Below, in pieces: positions 46,928 to 56,794 of a DNA stretch of 64,000 nt. The DNA is taken from NCBI GenBank assembly GCA_965248575.1, contig CBDFJQ010000002.1, forward strand, positions 5,056,001-5,120,000, in the 5' to 3' direction. The position numbers and the translations under genes are program-made. The notes under the pieces were generated by a model that had not been told where the DNA came from, ran no database searches, and was given only the letters and a program-made list of their open reading frames with translations. Source of the stretch: Planctomycetota bacterium (GTDB taxonomy: Bacteria > Planctomycetota > B15-G4). Positions within the stretch are counted from its first letter, which is position 1; every line of letters starts with the position of its first letter.

Positions 46928-48142
46928 ATGCCGCTGCCTAGCCCTTTCCATCCACGCACCGCCGAGCTGTGCACGAGCCTCAACTGGAAGGAATGGGCGG
47001 GCTATCACGCGGTGTGCAGCTACGGGACGATCCACGACCCGGAGTACCACGCGGTGCGTCAGGCGGCAGGTCTGCTCGATGTCACCCCGCTCTACAAGTT
47101 CGAGGTGAAGGGCAAGGACGCGACGGCTTTCCTGAACTTCGTGTCCGCGCGAAACGTGTCCAAGCTGGCGTTGGGTCAGGTGGGCTACGGGTGCTGGTGT
47201 GACGAGCACGGCAAGGTGCTCGACGACGGTACGGTCACGCGCTGGGAAGAGCAGCGCTACCGCGTGACGTCGGCCGACCCCTCCTTCGGGTGGTTCTTGC
47301 GCCACGCACGCGGCTTTGATGTCGACATCGAGGATGTGAGCGGGCACGTGGCGGGCCTGGCGCTGCAGGGGCCGCGTGCTCGGGCGATCCTGGAGAGTGC
47401 GTGTGACGACGCAGCCGGGGTGAGGCAGTTGGGTTTCTTCCGCGCCCTCCAGACGCGGGTGGCGGGCGTCCCGGTCGACATCACACGCACGGGGTACACG
47501 GGCGATCTCGGCTACGAGATCTGGATTCCTCGGCAGCAGGCGCTGCCCGTCTGGGATGCCCTGATGGAAGCTGGAGGACCCCACGCGATCCTGCCCATGG
47601 GGCTCGACGCACTGGATGTGTGTCGGGTCGAAGCGGGCTTCATCCTGCTGGGCGTGGACTATTTCAGCGCGCGGCGCTGTCTCACGGATGCCCAGAAGTC
47701 GACACCGTACGAGCTGGGCCTGGGTTGGACGGTGCACACCAAGCGCGACCCTTTCCTGGGTCGGGATGCCCTGCGGCAGGAGAAAGCGAACGGTTCGGTG
47801 TGGTCGCTCGTGGGCCTGAACATCGACTGGGTCGAGTTGGAGGATCTCTACGATTCCTTCGGCTTGCCGCCTCAGCTTTCGAGCCACGCCTGGCGCACCG
47901 CCGTGCCGGTCTACCACTCAGGCACGCAGGTGGGGCAGGCCACCAGCGGCACCTGGTCGCCGATGCTCAAGCAGAATCTGGCCCTGGCGAGCGTGCATGC
48001 GGAGCATGCGGTGCCGGGCAAACGCCTCGAGATTGAAGTGACGGTAGAGTTCCAGCGCCGGCGCGTGAGCGCGACCGTGACCGAGACGCCCTTCTTCAAC
48101 CCCGAACGGAAACGGTCACTCCCGGAAGCGGACGACTCATGA
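46928..48142 (+). CDS. GcvT-like THF-dependent aminomethyltransferase family protein
   Basis: AGLLDVTPL, LDDGTV, ALQGP, TRTGYTGDLGYEIW, RVEAG, TSGTWSP, PFFNP. Confidence 0.92.
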   Translation: MPLPSPFHPRTAELCTSLNWKEWAGYHAVCSYGTIHDPEYHAVRQAAGLLDVTPLYKFEVKGKDATAFLNFVSARNVSKLALGQVGYGCWCDEHGKVLDDGTVTRWEEQRYRVTSADPSFGWFLRHARGFDVDIEDVSGHVAGLALQGPRARAILESACDDAAGVRQLGFFRALQTRVAGVPVDITRTGYTGDLGYEIWIPRQQALPVWDALMEAGGPHAILPMGLDALDVCRVEAGFILLGVDYFSARRCLTDAQKSTPYELGLGWTVHTKRDPFLGRDALRQEKANGSVWSLVGLNIDWVELEDLYDSFGLPPQLSSHAWRTAVPVYHSGTQVGQATSGTWSPMLKQNLALASVHAEHAVPGKRLEIEVTVEFQRRRVSATVTETPFFNPERKRSLPEADDS

Positions 48143-49728
48143 CGCAGACCTGGGATGCCATCATTGTCGGCGGGGGGCACAACGGCCTCGTCTGTGCTGC
48201 CTATCTGGCCAAGGCCGGGCGCAAGGTGCTCGTGTTGGAGCGCCGCCACGTCCTGGGTGGTGCTGCCGTCTCCGAGGAGGTGCACCCCGGCTTCACCTTC
48301 AGCGTCTGCAGCTATGTGGTCAGCCTGCTGCGGCCGTGGATCATCCGTGACCTGCAGCTGGCCCGCTTCGGCCTGGAGCTGATCCCCCTCGAGTGTTCCT
48401 TCCTGCCGCTGCCTGACGGCCGCAGTCTCGCGCGCTGGGATGACCCCGAGCGCACGCGCCAGGAGATCGCAGCCTTCAGCCAGAAGGACAGCGAGATGTA
48501 CCCCGAGTTCGGGCAGGCCATGGCGCAGATGGCTCGGGTGGTGAAGCCGCTCATCGATGCGCCTGCACCCAAACCCGGTTCCCTGCGCCCGCGGGACCTC
48601 GCCGAGTTGCTGCAGTTGGGCAAGCACTTCGGAGGGATCTCGTCCGAGCATCGTCTCCTGCTGAGCAAGATGATGACCATGAGTGCGGCGGACTTCCTCG
48701 ACGAGTGGTTCGAGTCCGACGTGCTCAAGGCGCCCATGTCCGTCAGCGGCATCATCGGTACCTTCCAAGGTGTGCGCAGCCCGGGCACCGCCTACGTCTT
48801 GCTGCATCACTACATGGGCGAGATCGACGGGGCCTTCCGGTCGTGGGGCTTCAGCAAGGGCGGCACGGGCCAGGTGAGCAACGCCATCGCCACGGCGGCC
48901 CGGCACTTCGGCGCCGAGATCCGCACCGAGGCGGGCATCGAGCGGGTCATGGTCAACGGAGGCAAGGCCACCGGCGTGGTGCTGGAGGATGGCACCGAGC
49001 TGCGCGCCAAGACGGTGGTGTCGAGCGTCGACCCGAACCGCACGTTCTTGGGCATGGTGGGGGCGAAGCACCTGCCGGATGAGTTCGTTTCGCAGATCGG
49101 TCGCTACAAGCTGCGCGGCAGTTCCGGGAAAGTGAACCTGGCGGTGGACCGTTTGCCCTCGTTCTCCAGCCGACCCGGTCTGGGTGGGCATCTGCGCGGT
49201 GACATCGCCATCTGTCCCAGCACCGACTACCTGGAACGTGCCTACGATCAAGCGAAGTACGGCGAGTTCAGCACGCGGCCCTATCTGAACGTGGTCGTGC
49301 CCTCCGTCGTCGACCCCAGCGTGGCGCCCCCGGGGCAGCACGTCATCTCGTGTTTCGTTCAGTACGCGCCCTACAACCTGAAGACCGGGCCCGAGAGTTG
49401 GCCCGAGCATCGCGAGGCCTTTGGGGATGCCGTGGTCGACACGCTGGCCGAGTATGTGCCCGAGCTCAAGGAGTCGATCCTGCATCGTCAGGTCCTGACC
49501 CCTTGGGATCTCGAGCAGGAGTTCGGTCTGACGGAAGGCAACATCTTCCACGGCGAGTTGAGCCTGGAGCAGTTGGCGTTCCAACGACCCGCGCCGGGCT
49601 GGGCCCACTACAAGACACCGGTGGACGCGCTGTGGATGTGTGGCAGCGGGACTCACCCCGGGGGCGGGATCATGGGGGCCTGTGGCGCCCTGGCCGCCAA
49701 AGCCATGTTGCAGGGGAGGCACGTGTGA
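48139..49728 (+). CDS. Phytoene-desaturase-like (PYROXD2-type) FAD-dependent oxidoreductase
   Basis: IVGGGHNGLVCAAYLA, GNIFHGE, CGSGTHPGGGIMG. Confidence 0.92.
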   Translation: MTQTWDAIIVGGGHNGLVCAAYLAKAGRKVLVLERRHVLGGAAVSEEVHPGFTFSVCSYVVSLLRPWIIRDLQLARFGLELIPLECSFLPLPDGRSLARWDDPERTRQEIAAFSQKDSEMYPEFGQAMAQMARVVKPLIDAPAPKPGSLRPRDLAELLQLGKHFGGISSEHRLLLSKMMTMSAADFLDEWFESDVLKAPMSVSGIIGTFQGVRSPGTAYVLLHHYMGEIDGAFRSWGFSKGGTGQVSNAIATAARHFGAEIRTEAGIERVMVNGGKATGVVLEDGTELRAKTVVSSVDPNRTFLGMVGAKHLPDEFVSQIGRYKLRGSSGKVNLAVDRLPSFSSRPGLGGHLRGDIAICPSTDYLERAYDQAKYGEFSTRPYLNVVVPSVVDPSVAPPGQHVISCFVQYAPYNLKTGPESWPEHREAFGDAVVDTLAEYVPELKESILHRQVLTPWDLEQEFGLTEGNIFHGELSLEQLAFQRPAPGWAHYKTPVDALWMCGSGTHPGGGIMGACGALAAKAMLQGRHV

Positions 49729-51299
49729 GCGCTTCCACGCTCGTCATCGGCGGCGGCCACAACGGCCTGGTGTGTGCCACGCTGCTGGCTCGCGCCGGCC
49801 AGCAGGTGACGCTGCTGGAGCAGCGGGACGTACTCGGTGGCCTGGCAGCGGGTGAGGAGTTCCACCCGGGCTTCCGCTCGTCGGGCGTGCACCTGGACAG
49901 CTCACACGTCCGCGCAGCTCTGGTGGCCGAGTTGGGCCTCGAGCAGCACGGTCTGCGCTGGCGCGAGCAGGAGGCTGCGGTCTTCGCTCCCGATGCCGAG
50001 GGAGGTCCGCCCGTCGTCCTGCATCCCAACGACCTGGGTGCCACGGCGCAGGCTCTCAGCCAGCACTCGGACTCCGAGGCGCTCGCATTCCGCCGCTGGT
50101 GCACGGATGTGGAGCGTCTGGGGTCCTTCCTGCGCGGTGTGTTCGACACGGCGCCGCCGGATGTGGAGTCCCGCAACTGGGGCGCCCTGTGGGAGTTGGC
50201 CAAGACGGGCATTGCCCTGCGTCGCCTCGGGCAGCAGGACATGGGCGAGCTCTTGCGCGTCGGCCCCATGTGCGTGGCTGACTGGCTCAACGAACGCTTC
50301 AGCCTGGATCGCCTGAAGGTGTTGCTCGCTCTCCCAGCTGTTGCGGGGACCTGGACTGGCCCCTGGTCTGCAGGCAGTGCTCTGCCCCTGATGGTGGATC
50401 GCGTGACGGCCGGACGCAGTATCCAAGGGGGCGCTCCCGCCTTGATTGCCGCGCTGGAGGCGGCGGCCGTTGCCGCAGGCGTGACCATTCAGACGGGCTG
50501 CACAGTCGAGCGGCTGCTCGTGGTGGAGAGCGAGGTGCGCGGCGTGCTGTTGAGCGATGGCACCGAGATCGCGGCGAGCCAGGTGGCTGCCACGTGTGAC
50601 CCCAAGCAGGCGCTGCTGGATCTCGTGTCACCGCGCGACCTTCCTCCGGTGCTCGAGCGCCGGGGTCAGGCCTGGCGAATGCGCGGGACCACAGCCATGG
50701 TGAACATCGCCCTCTCCGGGCCGCTTGTGTTCAAGGGCTGCGGCGGTTCGTCGTCAGCTGGCGGCGGGCTGGTGGAGCGGGCCGTCCTGGGTTCCGACCT
50801 GGACGCCCTGGAGCGGGCCTTCGATCCCGTCAAGTACGGGGAGTTGCCCGCGGCTCCCTGCTTGGATGTTTCGATTCCAAGCGTGTCCGCACCGGGATTT
50901 GCACCCGACGGGCAGCACGCGGCTACGATCCAGGTGCATTTCGTGCCGCACGCGCTCAAGGGAGGTTGGACCGAAGAGCGACGGGATGAACTGTGGGACA
51001 CGGTCTTCTCAACGCTCCAGCGCTTCACCGACAACATCGGTGAGCGGGTGCTTCACGCCGAGGTGCTCAGTCCGCGCGATCTCGAGCAGCGGTACAAGCT
51101 GACCGGCGGGCATGTGCATCACGGGGAGCTGGCGCTGGATCAATTCCTGCACATGCGTCCGAATCCCGAATGTGCGCGCTATGTGACGCCCTTGAAGGGC
51201 TTGATCTTGTGCGGAAGCGGCGGCCACCCCGGGGGTGGGCTGACGGGCATGCCGGGAGCACTCGGCGCGCGGGCCCTGCTGAGCGAGTCTCAGGGCTGA
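49725..51299 (+). CDS. Second phytoene-desaturase-like FAD-dependent oxidoreductase
   Basis: GTGA overlap start; IGGGHNGLVCA, GHVHHGE, CGSGGHPGGGLTG. Confidence 0.9.
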   Translation: MSASTLVIGGGHNGLVCATLLARAGQQVTLLEQRDVLGGLAAGEEFHPGFRSSGVHLDSSHVRAALVAELGLEQHGLRWREQEAAVFAPDAEGGPPVVLHPNDLGATAQALSQHSDSEALAFRRWCTDVERLGSFLRGVFDTAPPDVESRNWGALWELAKTGIALRRLGQQDMGELLRVGPMCVADWLNERFSLDRLKVLLALPAVAGTWTGPWSAGSALPLMVDRVTAGRSIQGGAPALIAALEAAAVAAGVTIQTGCTVERLLVVESEVRGVLLSDGTEIAASQVAATCDPKQALLDLVSPRDLPPVLERRGQAWRMRGTTAMVNIALSGPLVFKGCGGSSSAGGGLVERAVLGSDLDALERAFDPVKYGELPAAPCLDVSIPSVSAPGFAPDGQHAATIQVHFVPHALKGGWTEERRDELWDTVFSTLQRFTDNIGERVLHAEVLSPRDLEQRYKLTGGHVHHGELALDQFLHMRPNPECARYVTPLKGLILCGSGGHPGGGLTGMPGALGARALLSESQG

Positions 51300-52642
51300 C
51301 CGTCGGCGCGGCGGTCGAGGATGCCCTCTTCGGCGATCAGAGCCTCGATCTCCGCCCGGCTCACGGGGACACCGCGGGTCAGGTTCTCGTGACCGTCCTC
51401 GGTGATGACGATCACGTCCTCGATGCGAATGCCGATCTGGGTCGCCTCCTCGTAGAGCCCCGGTTCGACCGTGAGAACGGCGCCGGGAACCAAGGGGGCG
51501 AACATGTCACCGACGTCGTGCACTTCGAGCCCCAGGAAGTGGCAGGTGAAGTGCCGGATGAAGGCCCCGAATCCCCGCTCGCGCAGGACCTTGTTGGCAG
51601 CTTCGTCGATGGACATCAGGGTCGCACCGGGCCTGGCCGCTGCGAGGCCTGCTTCTTGTGCAGCCAGGACTGCGTCGTAGAGTTCGGCTTGCCGCTCGCT
51701 GAACACACCGTTCACCGGCCAGCTTCGGGTGATGTCGGTGGTGTAGTGGTCCAGCTCTCCCCCCGCATCGATGAGCAGGATGTCTCCGTCCTGGGTTCCG
51801 CGCGTGGAGACGCTGTAGTGCAAGGTAATGGAGTTGGGTCCGCTGCCCACAATGGCGTGGTAGGCGGGGCCGTCCGCGCCATGCAGCTGCTGCATGAAGC
51901 CGAGCAGGGCATCGAGTTCGCGCTCGTGCACTCCTGGGCGCGTGGAACGGATGGCTTCGCGCATGGCGAGGGCACCCGCCGTGCCAGCTCGTCGCAGGGC
52001 GTCGAGCTCTTCTTCCTGCTTCACCAGGCGCATGGGGTGCAGGGCTTGGGAGAGGTCCTCGACGCGCAGCTCGTAGCGCTCTTCGAGGGCTGCCTGCAGG
52101 GCTCGTTCCCGGCTCGGCCGGCCGTCCAGAAGGTCGCCCAGCTGTGCTTTATCGAAGGGGATGGCCCGGTCAAAGCAACCGCCCATGGCGACATGCGGGT
52201 GGAAGGAGGTCCAGATGACGTCGCGATCTTCCGCGAGCTCGTCGAGCATGGACAGGAGTTCGCTGGAAGGCTTCACGAGCCGGATCCCGGAGGCGCTCGG
52301 GGTCCAGTCGTCCTGCGCATCCCAGACGTCGCCCTCCACGGACTCAACGGCCGCATTCCTGTCAGGCAGAAAGAGCACTTCCATGCCGGTGGAGGCGTCC
52401 ATCAGCAGGGCCGCTCCGGGTGACTCGATGCCCGTCAGGTACCAGAAGACCTTGTCCTGGCGAAACTCGGTGTAGCCCCGGGTGCCGGGCAGCCCACGCA
52501 GCAGGATCAGCCCTGATCCAAGACGGTTTCGCAACTCGGCGCGACGCCCTGCGTGGAAGGCGGCGCCGAGACCGACCTCATTGGTTTGGGGAGGTAGGGA
52601 CGGAGTGGCAAGCAGGGCAAGCGACAGGCAGAGGGTCAGCAT
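51290..52642 (-). CDS. pepP: Secreted Xaa-Pro aminopeptidase (M24B)
   Basis: TLHY, IDAG...DITR, HFLGLEVHD, TVEPGLY, IRIED; signal peptide. Confidence 0.9.
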   Translation of the reverse strand: MLTLCLSLALLATPSLPPQTNEVGLGAAFHAGRRAELRNRLGSGLILLRGLPGTRGYTEFRQDKVFWYLTGIESPGAALLMDASTGMEVLFLPDRNAAVESVEGDVWDAQDDWTPSASGIRLVKPSSELLSMLDELAEDRDVIWTSFHPHVAMGGCFDRAIPFDKAQLGDLLDGRPSRERALQAALEERYELRVEDLSQALHPMRLVKQEEELDALRRAGTAGALAMREAIRSTRPGVHERELDALLGFMQQLHGADGPAYHAIVGSGPNSITLHYSVSTRGTQDGDILLIDAGGELDHYTTDITRSWPVNGVFSERQAELYDAVLAAQEAGLAAARPGATLMSIDEAANKVLRERGFGAFIRHFTCHFLGLEVHDVGDMFAPLVPGAVLTVEPGLYEEATQIGIRIEDVIVITEDGHENLTRGVPVSRAEIEALIAEEGILDRRADGQP

Positions 52643-52824
52643 GGCCGCATCCTAGTCCTTTGCTGCTTTGCGGACGATGGGGCTGGGAGCTCAGAGAGTG
52701 CAAGCGCGGGGCTGGCGGCTGCTTGCGCGAGGCTTTAGTTTCTGGGCCCTGCCCTTGGTCCTCACCTGGGTCCCTTCCCGGGGCGCAAGGTCTGGAATCC
52801 TCTCCTCGTGTGGAATTGGAACGG

Positions 52825-53250
52825 ATGGATGAGTCGGCTTGGGTTGAACTTCCCGGTCTCTACGACGAGGCCTTGCTGGAAGAGCTGTGCCACGAGATGG
52901 ATGCCGCGCGTGTGGATCACGAGAGCGCGTCCATCCCCTTGAAGGATGGGCAGGCTAGCGGTCCGCGCGCAGGGCGGGTGCGCGTCCGGTCCGGGCATGT
53001 GCCTTCTGCGGCGAAGGTGTTGGGAGTGTTCTTCGACGTTGAGGATCCGGCCGAGGCCCAACCGTTCCGCGGGCAATGCCCCGCCTGTGAGGAGGACGTC
53101 CCGGGTGTCTGGACGTGCCCGTCTTGCGAGATCAGCTTTCGCAGCAGCGTCAATCCGAACGATCCTCTGGTTCTCTTCCTGAGGGAGCACGGCGGGTTTG
53201 TGGCTTCCGATGCGGTGATCGAAGACGACGGTTCCACAGCGGGCTCCTGA
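52825..53250 (+). CDS. Hypothetical protein with CxxC...CxxC zinc ribbon
   Basis: CPAC-x8-CPSC; plausible ATG at 52825. Confidence 0.65.
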   Translation: MDESAWVELPGLYDEALLEELCHEMDAARVDHESASIPLKDGQASGPRAGRVRVRSGHVPSAAKVLGVFFDVEDPAEAQPFRGQCPACEEDVPGVWTCPSCEISFRSSVNPNDPLVLFLREHGGFVASDAVIEDDGSTAGS

Positions 53251-53282
53251 ACCCAGGCGTTGCGAACACGGGAATCTACGAC

Positions 53283-53633
53283 ATGACCTTGGCCGACCAG
53301 AACTGCGTACCCAGCGCCCCAGGCGCCCAGCCCCTCGACGCTGAACAGATCGAGAGCTTGGGCATGCAGACTCCCGCTTGGGTCGTGATCGACGGCCCGC
53401 AGCTCGAGCGCGAGTTGGCGTTCCCGGATTTCCAGTCGGCGTTGGACTTCGTGGTGGCCGTCGGTGCTGAAGCCGAGTCCCAGGACCATCATCCCGAACT
53501 GCGGCTGACGTGGGGGCGTGTGCTGATCCGGCTCGATACCCACGACGTGGGCGGCTTGAGTGAGTCGGACTTCATCCTGGCCGCGCGTATCGACCGTCTA
53601 GCTGCGGCCGCGGGAGTCGCAGCGCAGGGTTGA
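53283..53633 (+). CDS. phhB: Pterin-4a-carbinolamine dehydratase
   Basis: FPDFQSALDFV...AESQDHHPEL...THDVGGLSESDFILAARID. Confidence 0.93.
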   Translation: MTLADQNCVPSAPGAQPLDAEQIESLGMQTPAWVVIDGPQLERELAFPDFQSALDFVVAVGAEAESQDHHPELRLTWGRVLIRLDTHDVGGLSESDFILAARIDRLAAAAGVAAQG

Positions 53634-53682
53634 GCGAGAGTGCCCTTCGGGGGCTGACCCGATCGGGCGACAGGCCGCTCCC

Positions 53683-54144
53683 TCAGCTGACAATCGCCGC
53701 TGAGACCCGTGCCTCGAGCAGCTCTGCGAGAGCTGGCACCCCGCTCAACACGGTGTGCTCCGCTTCGGAACGCGCAGTCTTGTAGGCCATGCGAATCGTC
53801 ATGCGCGCCTTGTGGATGCGTGCATCCGTCACGCCGATGAGTGCGCTGGCCACCTCGGTGGGTCGTGCGTCCATTTGTGCTCGAAAGACTTGCGCTGCGG
53901 CCGACCCCGTTCGTGCAGCCTCCTCGCAGGATTCGACAAAAAGGGGTTCGAGCGCTTCCAGGAATTCGGGCATGAGCTTGCCGATGACATAGCCCACGGT
54001 GCCGGGTTTCACGGCCTGGACGCTTCGGTAGCAGGCTCGAACGGTTGCGGCCTTCAGGCCGCGGCCCGCTGAAGCCTGCGCGTCGACGAGCGCACAACAC
54101 TCCTCCATGAACCCCAGGCGTTGCTCCTCTGAATCCCAAAGCAA
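53683..54144 (-). CDS. DUF6918-like helical hypothetical protein
   Basis: AVKPG...LMPEFLEALEP...ALIGVTDAR...VPALAELL pattern; start uncertain. Confidence 0.65.
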   Translation of the reverse strand: MLWDSEEQRLGFMEECCALVDAQASAGRGLKAATVRACYRSVQAVKPGTVGYVIGKLMPEFLEALEPLFVESCEEAARTGSAAAQVFRAQMDARPTEVASALIGVTDARIHKARMTIRMAYKTARSEAEHTVLSGVPALAELLEARVSAAIVS

Positions 54145-54391
54145 GGACAGCAGGCTGCGGTGCGGATGTTCGGTGTCGATGAGAGACTCGGTTGCCGGGG
54201 GATACCGCTGGGTCTGAGAGCGGAAGGGGCCACTGCTCAGGTGCTAGATGGATGGTGGCTCAGTGTATCGAGCTTTGCTCCCATGCGAAGACATCACTGC
54301 TCGCTCCGTGTTCTAGCCGGTACGGGAGCGCCCCCGAGATCGAGGGGGGCGTGGCATGATGCAGCGCGGCCAAGGCGACGGAGAACAGGGA

Positions 54392-54760
54392 ATGTCGAGC
54401 GATCAGTCAGCAGGTACGGCTCACGATGAGTTTTCAGCGGAGGGGCAGTACCAGACGGAAGAGCGGGCCACCGTCGCGGAAGCTCCAGGGCTCCGGGTGC
54501 GGCGCCTGGGGCTCGCTGCTGGTCAGTGCGTGCCCTGGCATCATCACACCCTCATCTCGGATCACTTCTTCTGCATGGAAGGGCCCATGGAGATCCGGCT
54601 GCGGGGGCCCACGTCCGTGAAACGCCTGGCGCCGGGGGAGGCCTTCGAGGTACCGCCTGGGCGGCAGCACTACGTGTCGGGCGTCGACGGTCGGGCATGC
54701 CGTTTCATGATCGTGCAAGGAGTGGGGACCTACGATTACGTTGAGGGAGAGGCAGAATGA
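54392..54760 (+). CDS. Cupin domain protein
   Basis: PWHHH...FFCMEG; VPPGRQH. Confidence 0.85.
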   Translation: MSSDQSAGTAHDEFSAEGQYQTEERATVAEAPGLRVRRLGLAAGQCVPWHHHTLISDHFFCMEGPMEIRLRGPTSVKRLAPGEAFEVPPGRQHYVSGVDGRACRFMIVQGVGTYDYVEGEAE

Positions 54761-54803
54761 GCTCGGCTTTCAGAATCGACTTCAGCAACGGAAGACTGCA
54801 CGC

Positions 54804-55538
54804 ATGAGCGACGGAATCGACAAGGTCAACGAGGCCTTCGCGTCGGCTGGCCTCGAGAAGCCGGAACTTCTCTATGTTGAGCGCCAGGCGCTGCGGCAGG
54901 GACATGGCCAGGATGTCGTGCGCATCGTGCAACGCCGGGCGACGTGGGGGCTGTGGGGTTCGTTCTTGGCGTCGCTCCTGTATGTGCTCCAGGGACTCTT
55001 TGGTGGAGGAGGCCTGCGCCTCGCCAGCCTCGCCAGCCTCGCCATTGGCGCGACATGGATGGTCTCGACGGCGCTGCTGTACCGGAGAACCACCAAGGCT
55101 TGCCGGGAGTTGAATCTGTCCACCAGCGGCCCGGACCTCGCTGAGGTCGGCACGAGCGAGGCCGTTCCAGAGCAGCCGGATGCAACACCCGATCTGACGT
55201 GGGTTGTCATGAACACGTTTGTCGAGCAGGGACTCGCATTCCCTGACATTCACTTCGCGGAGCGGAGGGCCTTGGTCGCCGGCAGACTGGACAACTTCCT
55301 GGCCCTGTACCGAAAGCGCCGCAACACAGCCCTGGCGGTGGTGACCGTGGTTGCATTCCTTCAGCTGGGTTTGGCGCTTGTCGTCGTCAGCGCGGGAGAC
55401 GCCACCTTCATGAAGTCTGGAGCCGCCGCTTTCGTGGGGTTCGGACTCCTTTGGCTTGTCATGGGCAGTGTGGGCCTCATGCGTTTCCGGCGTGTGTACA
55501 GGGCGCTGGAGACGCTCGAGGTCGGTCCCGGGTCTTGA
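54804..55538 (+). CDS. Hypothetical membrane protein (4 transmembrane helices, two-fold internal repeat)
   Basis: Two pairs of hydrophobic helices, each preceded by a similar F..aGL..P....ER.AL..G segment. Confidence 0.65.
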   Translation: MSDGIDKVNEAFASAGLEKPELLYVERQALRQGHGQDVVRIVQRRATWGLWGSFLASLLYVLQGLFGGGGLRLASLASLAIGATWMVSTALLYRRTTKACRELNLSTSGPDLAEVGTSEAVPEQPDATPDLTWVVMNTFVEQGLAFPDIHFAERRALVAGRLDNFLALYRKRRNTALAVVTVVAFLQLGLALVVVSAGDATFMKSGAAAFVGFGLLWLVMGSVGLMRFRRVYRALETLEVGPGS

Positions 55539-55588
55539 GGGCGCAACGTCCTTGACCCCGGCCCGTGCGCCGTGGTGCAGTCGAGCAG

Positions 55589-56713
55589 ATGAGTTCCTCT
55601 CTCACGATCGCCCATGTGGACAGCGAGAAGGGCTGGTCAGGTGGCCAGGTGCAGGTCTTCCTGCTCATGGAGGGGCTCCGTGCCCGCGGGCATCGCAACA
55701 TCCTGTACTGCCCTCCCGGGAGCCAGCAGGAGCAGCGGGCGTGCGAGCTGGGCCTGGAGGTGTGCCCTGTGGCCATGCGCAACGACCTGCATCTCGCGGC
55801 CGTCGCACGACTCAGGAGAGGCTTCCGGGAGCACGGCGCACAGCTGGTGCACCTGCACACCGGTCGAGCCAACTGGCTGGGCGGGTTGGCCGCCAGGCGA
55901 TCGCGTCTGCCTGCGATCACGACCCGTCGCATGGACCACCCGGTCCAGCGCCACCTCGTCAATCGGCTGGTCTACGGGAGCTTCGTCCGTCGAGCCGTGG
56001 GCATTGCGCCGGCCATTGCCCGCCGGCTGCGAGAGGGCGGAGTGGAGCCCAACCTCGTGCGCATGGTCCCGAGCACCGTGGATGCTGATGCGCTGACCCC
56101 GCAGCGGACCCGGGCGCAGGTTCGGGAGGCAGAGGATGTGCCCGAGACGGCCACGCTGATCCTGGCCGCCGCCCACCTGACCTATCGGAAGGGTTTCGAC
56201 ATCGCCCTGAAGGCGTTCGCGGCCAGTCGGGAGGGCTGCCCGGACGCGTGGCTCTGGATTGCTGGGGATGGCCCGGAGCGGGCGTCGCTCGAGTCCTTGG
56301 CGCGGGAGTTGGAGATCGTTGACCGGGTACAGCTGCTCGGGCGCCGAACGGACATGGCCGACCTGCTGAATGCTGCTGACCTGTTCGTGATGCCGTCCCG
56401 CTCGGAAGGGCTGGGAATCGCTGCGCTCGAAGCCATGGCTGCGGGGCTGCCCGTGCTGGCCAGCAAGGTCGGGGGCCTGGGGGACGCCGTCGTGCATGGC
56501 CGTACGGGGATGCTTGTCCCGCCCGAGGATGTGTCGGCGTTGACGGATGCACTGGTGACATTGCTCAGCGACCCGGCAGCTCGCAAACGCTTGGGAGCTG
56601 CCGGGCCCGATCGCATCGACGAGGGCTTTCGGCCAGAGCAGATGGTGGCCTCCTATGAGGCCCTCTATCGGGAAGTGTTGGTCGAATCCGCGAGTGGCAG
56701 CAGCAGCGGTTAG
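55589..56713 (+). CDS. GT4-family glycosyltransferase
   Basis: SGGQVQ, RKGFD, GDGPER, PSRSEGLGIAALEAMAAGLPV. Confidence 0.92.
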   Translation: MSSSLTIAHVDSEKGWSGGQVQVFLLMEGLRARGHRNILYCPPGSQQEQRACELGLEVCPVAMRNDLHLAAVARLRRGFREHGAQLVHLHTGRANWLGGLAARRSRLPAITTRRMDHPVQRHLVNRLVYGSFVRRAVGIAPAIARRLREGGVEPNLVRMVPSTVDADALTPQRTRAQVREAEDVPETATLILAAAHLTYRKGFDIALKAFAASREGCPDAWLWIAGDGPERASLESLARELEIVDRVQLLGRRTDMADLLNAADLFVMPSRSEGLGIAALEAMAAGLPVLASKVGGLGDAVVHGRTGMLVPPEDVSALTDALVTLLSDPAARKRLGAAGPDRIDEGFRPEQMVASYEALYREVLVESASGSSSG

Positions 56714-56794
56714 GATTGCTGGTCGAGATGGCCGGGCTCCCCTGCAGGACGTTCATGCGAACGACCGCGGGTTCATTCGACGACGAGATGATCC

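Noticed and set aside
46928..48142. Glycine cleavage T protein (gcvT) assignment
   Set aside because: No gcvH or gcvP is adjacent and the context indicates a GcvT-like paralogue, so the symbol was withheld.
48705..48720. GGTTCGAGTCC tRNA T-arm-like motif
   Set aside because: Inside a coding region (WFES) with no cloverleaf.
48139..51299. Carotenoid biosynthesis (crtI) assignment
   Set aside because: No crtB/crtE nearby, and coupling to a GcvT-like gene points to another function.
54175..54250. GAGAGA...GGAAGGGGCCA...CTCAGG, resembling a glycine riboswitch; CCGGCAACC on the minus strand, resembling SAM-I
   Set aside because: The required stems and remaining conserved nucleotides are missing and the downstream genes do not fit.
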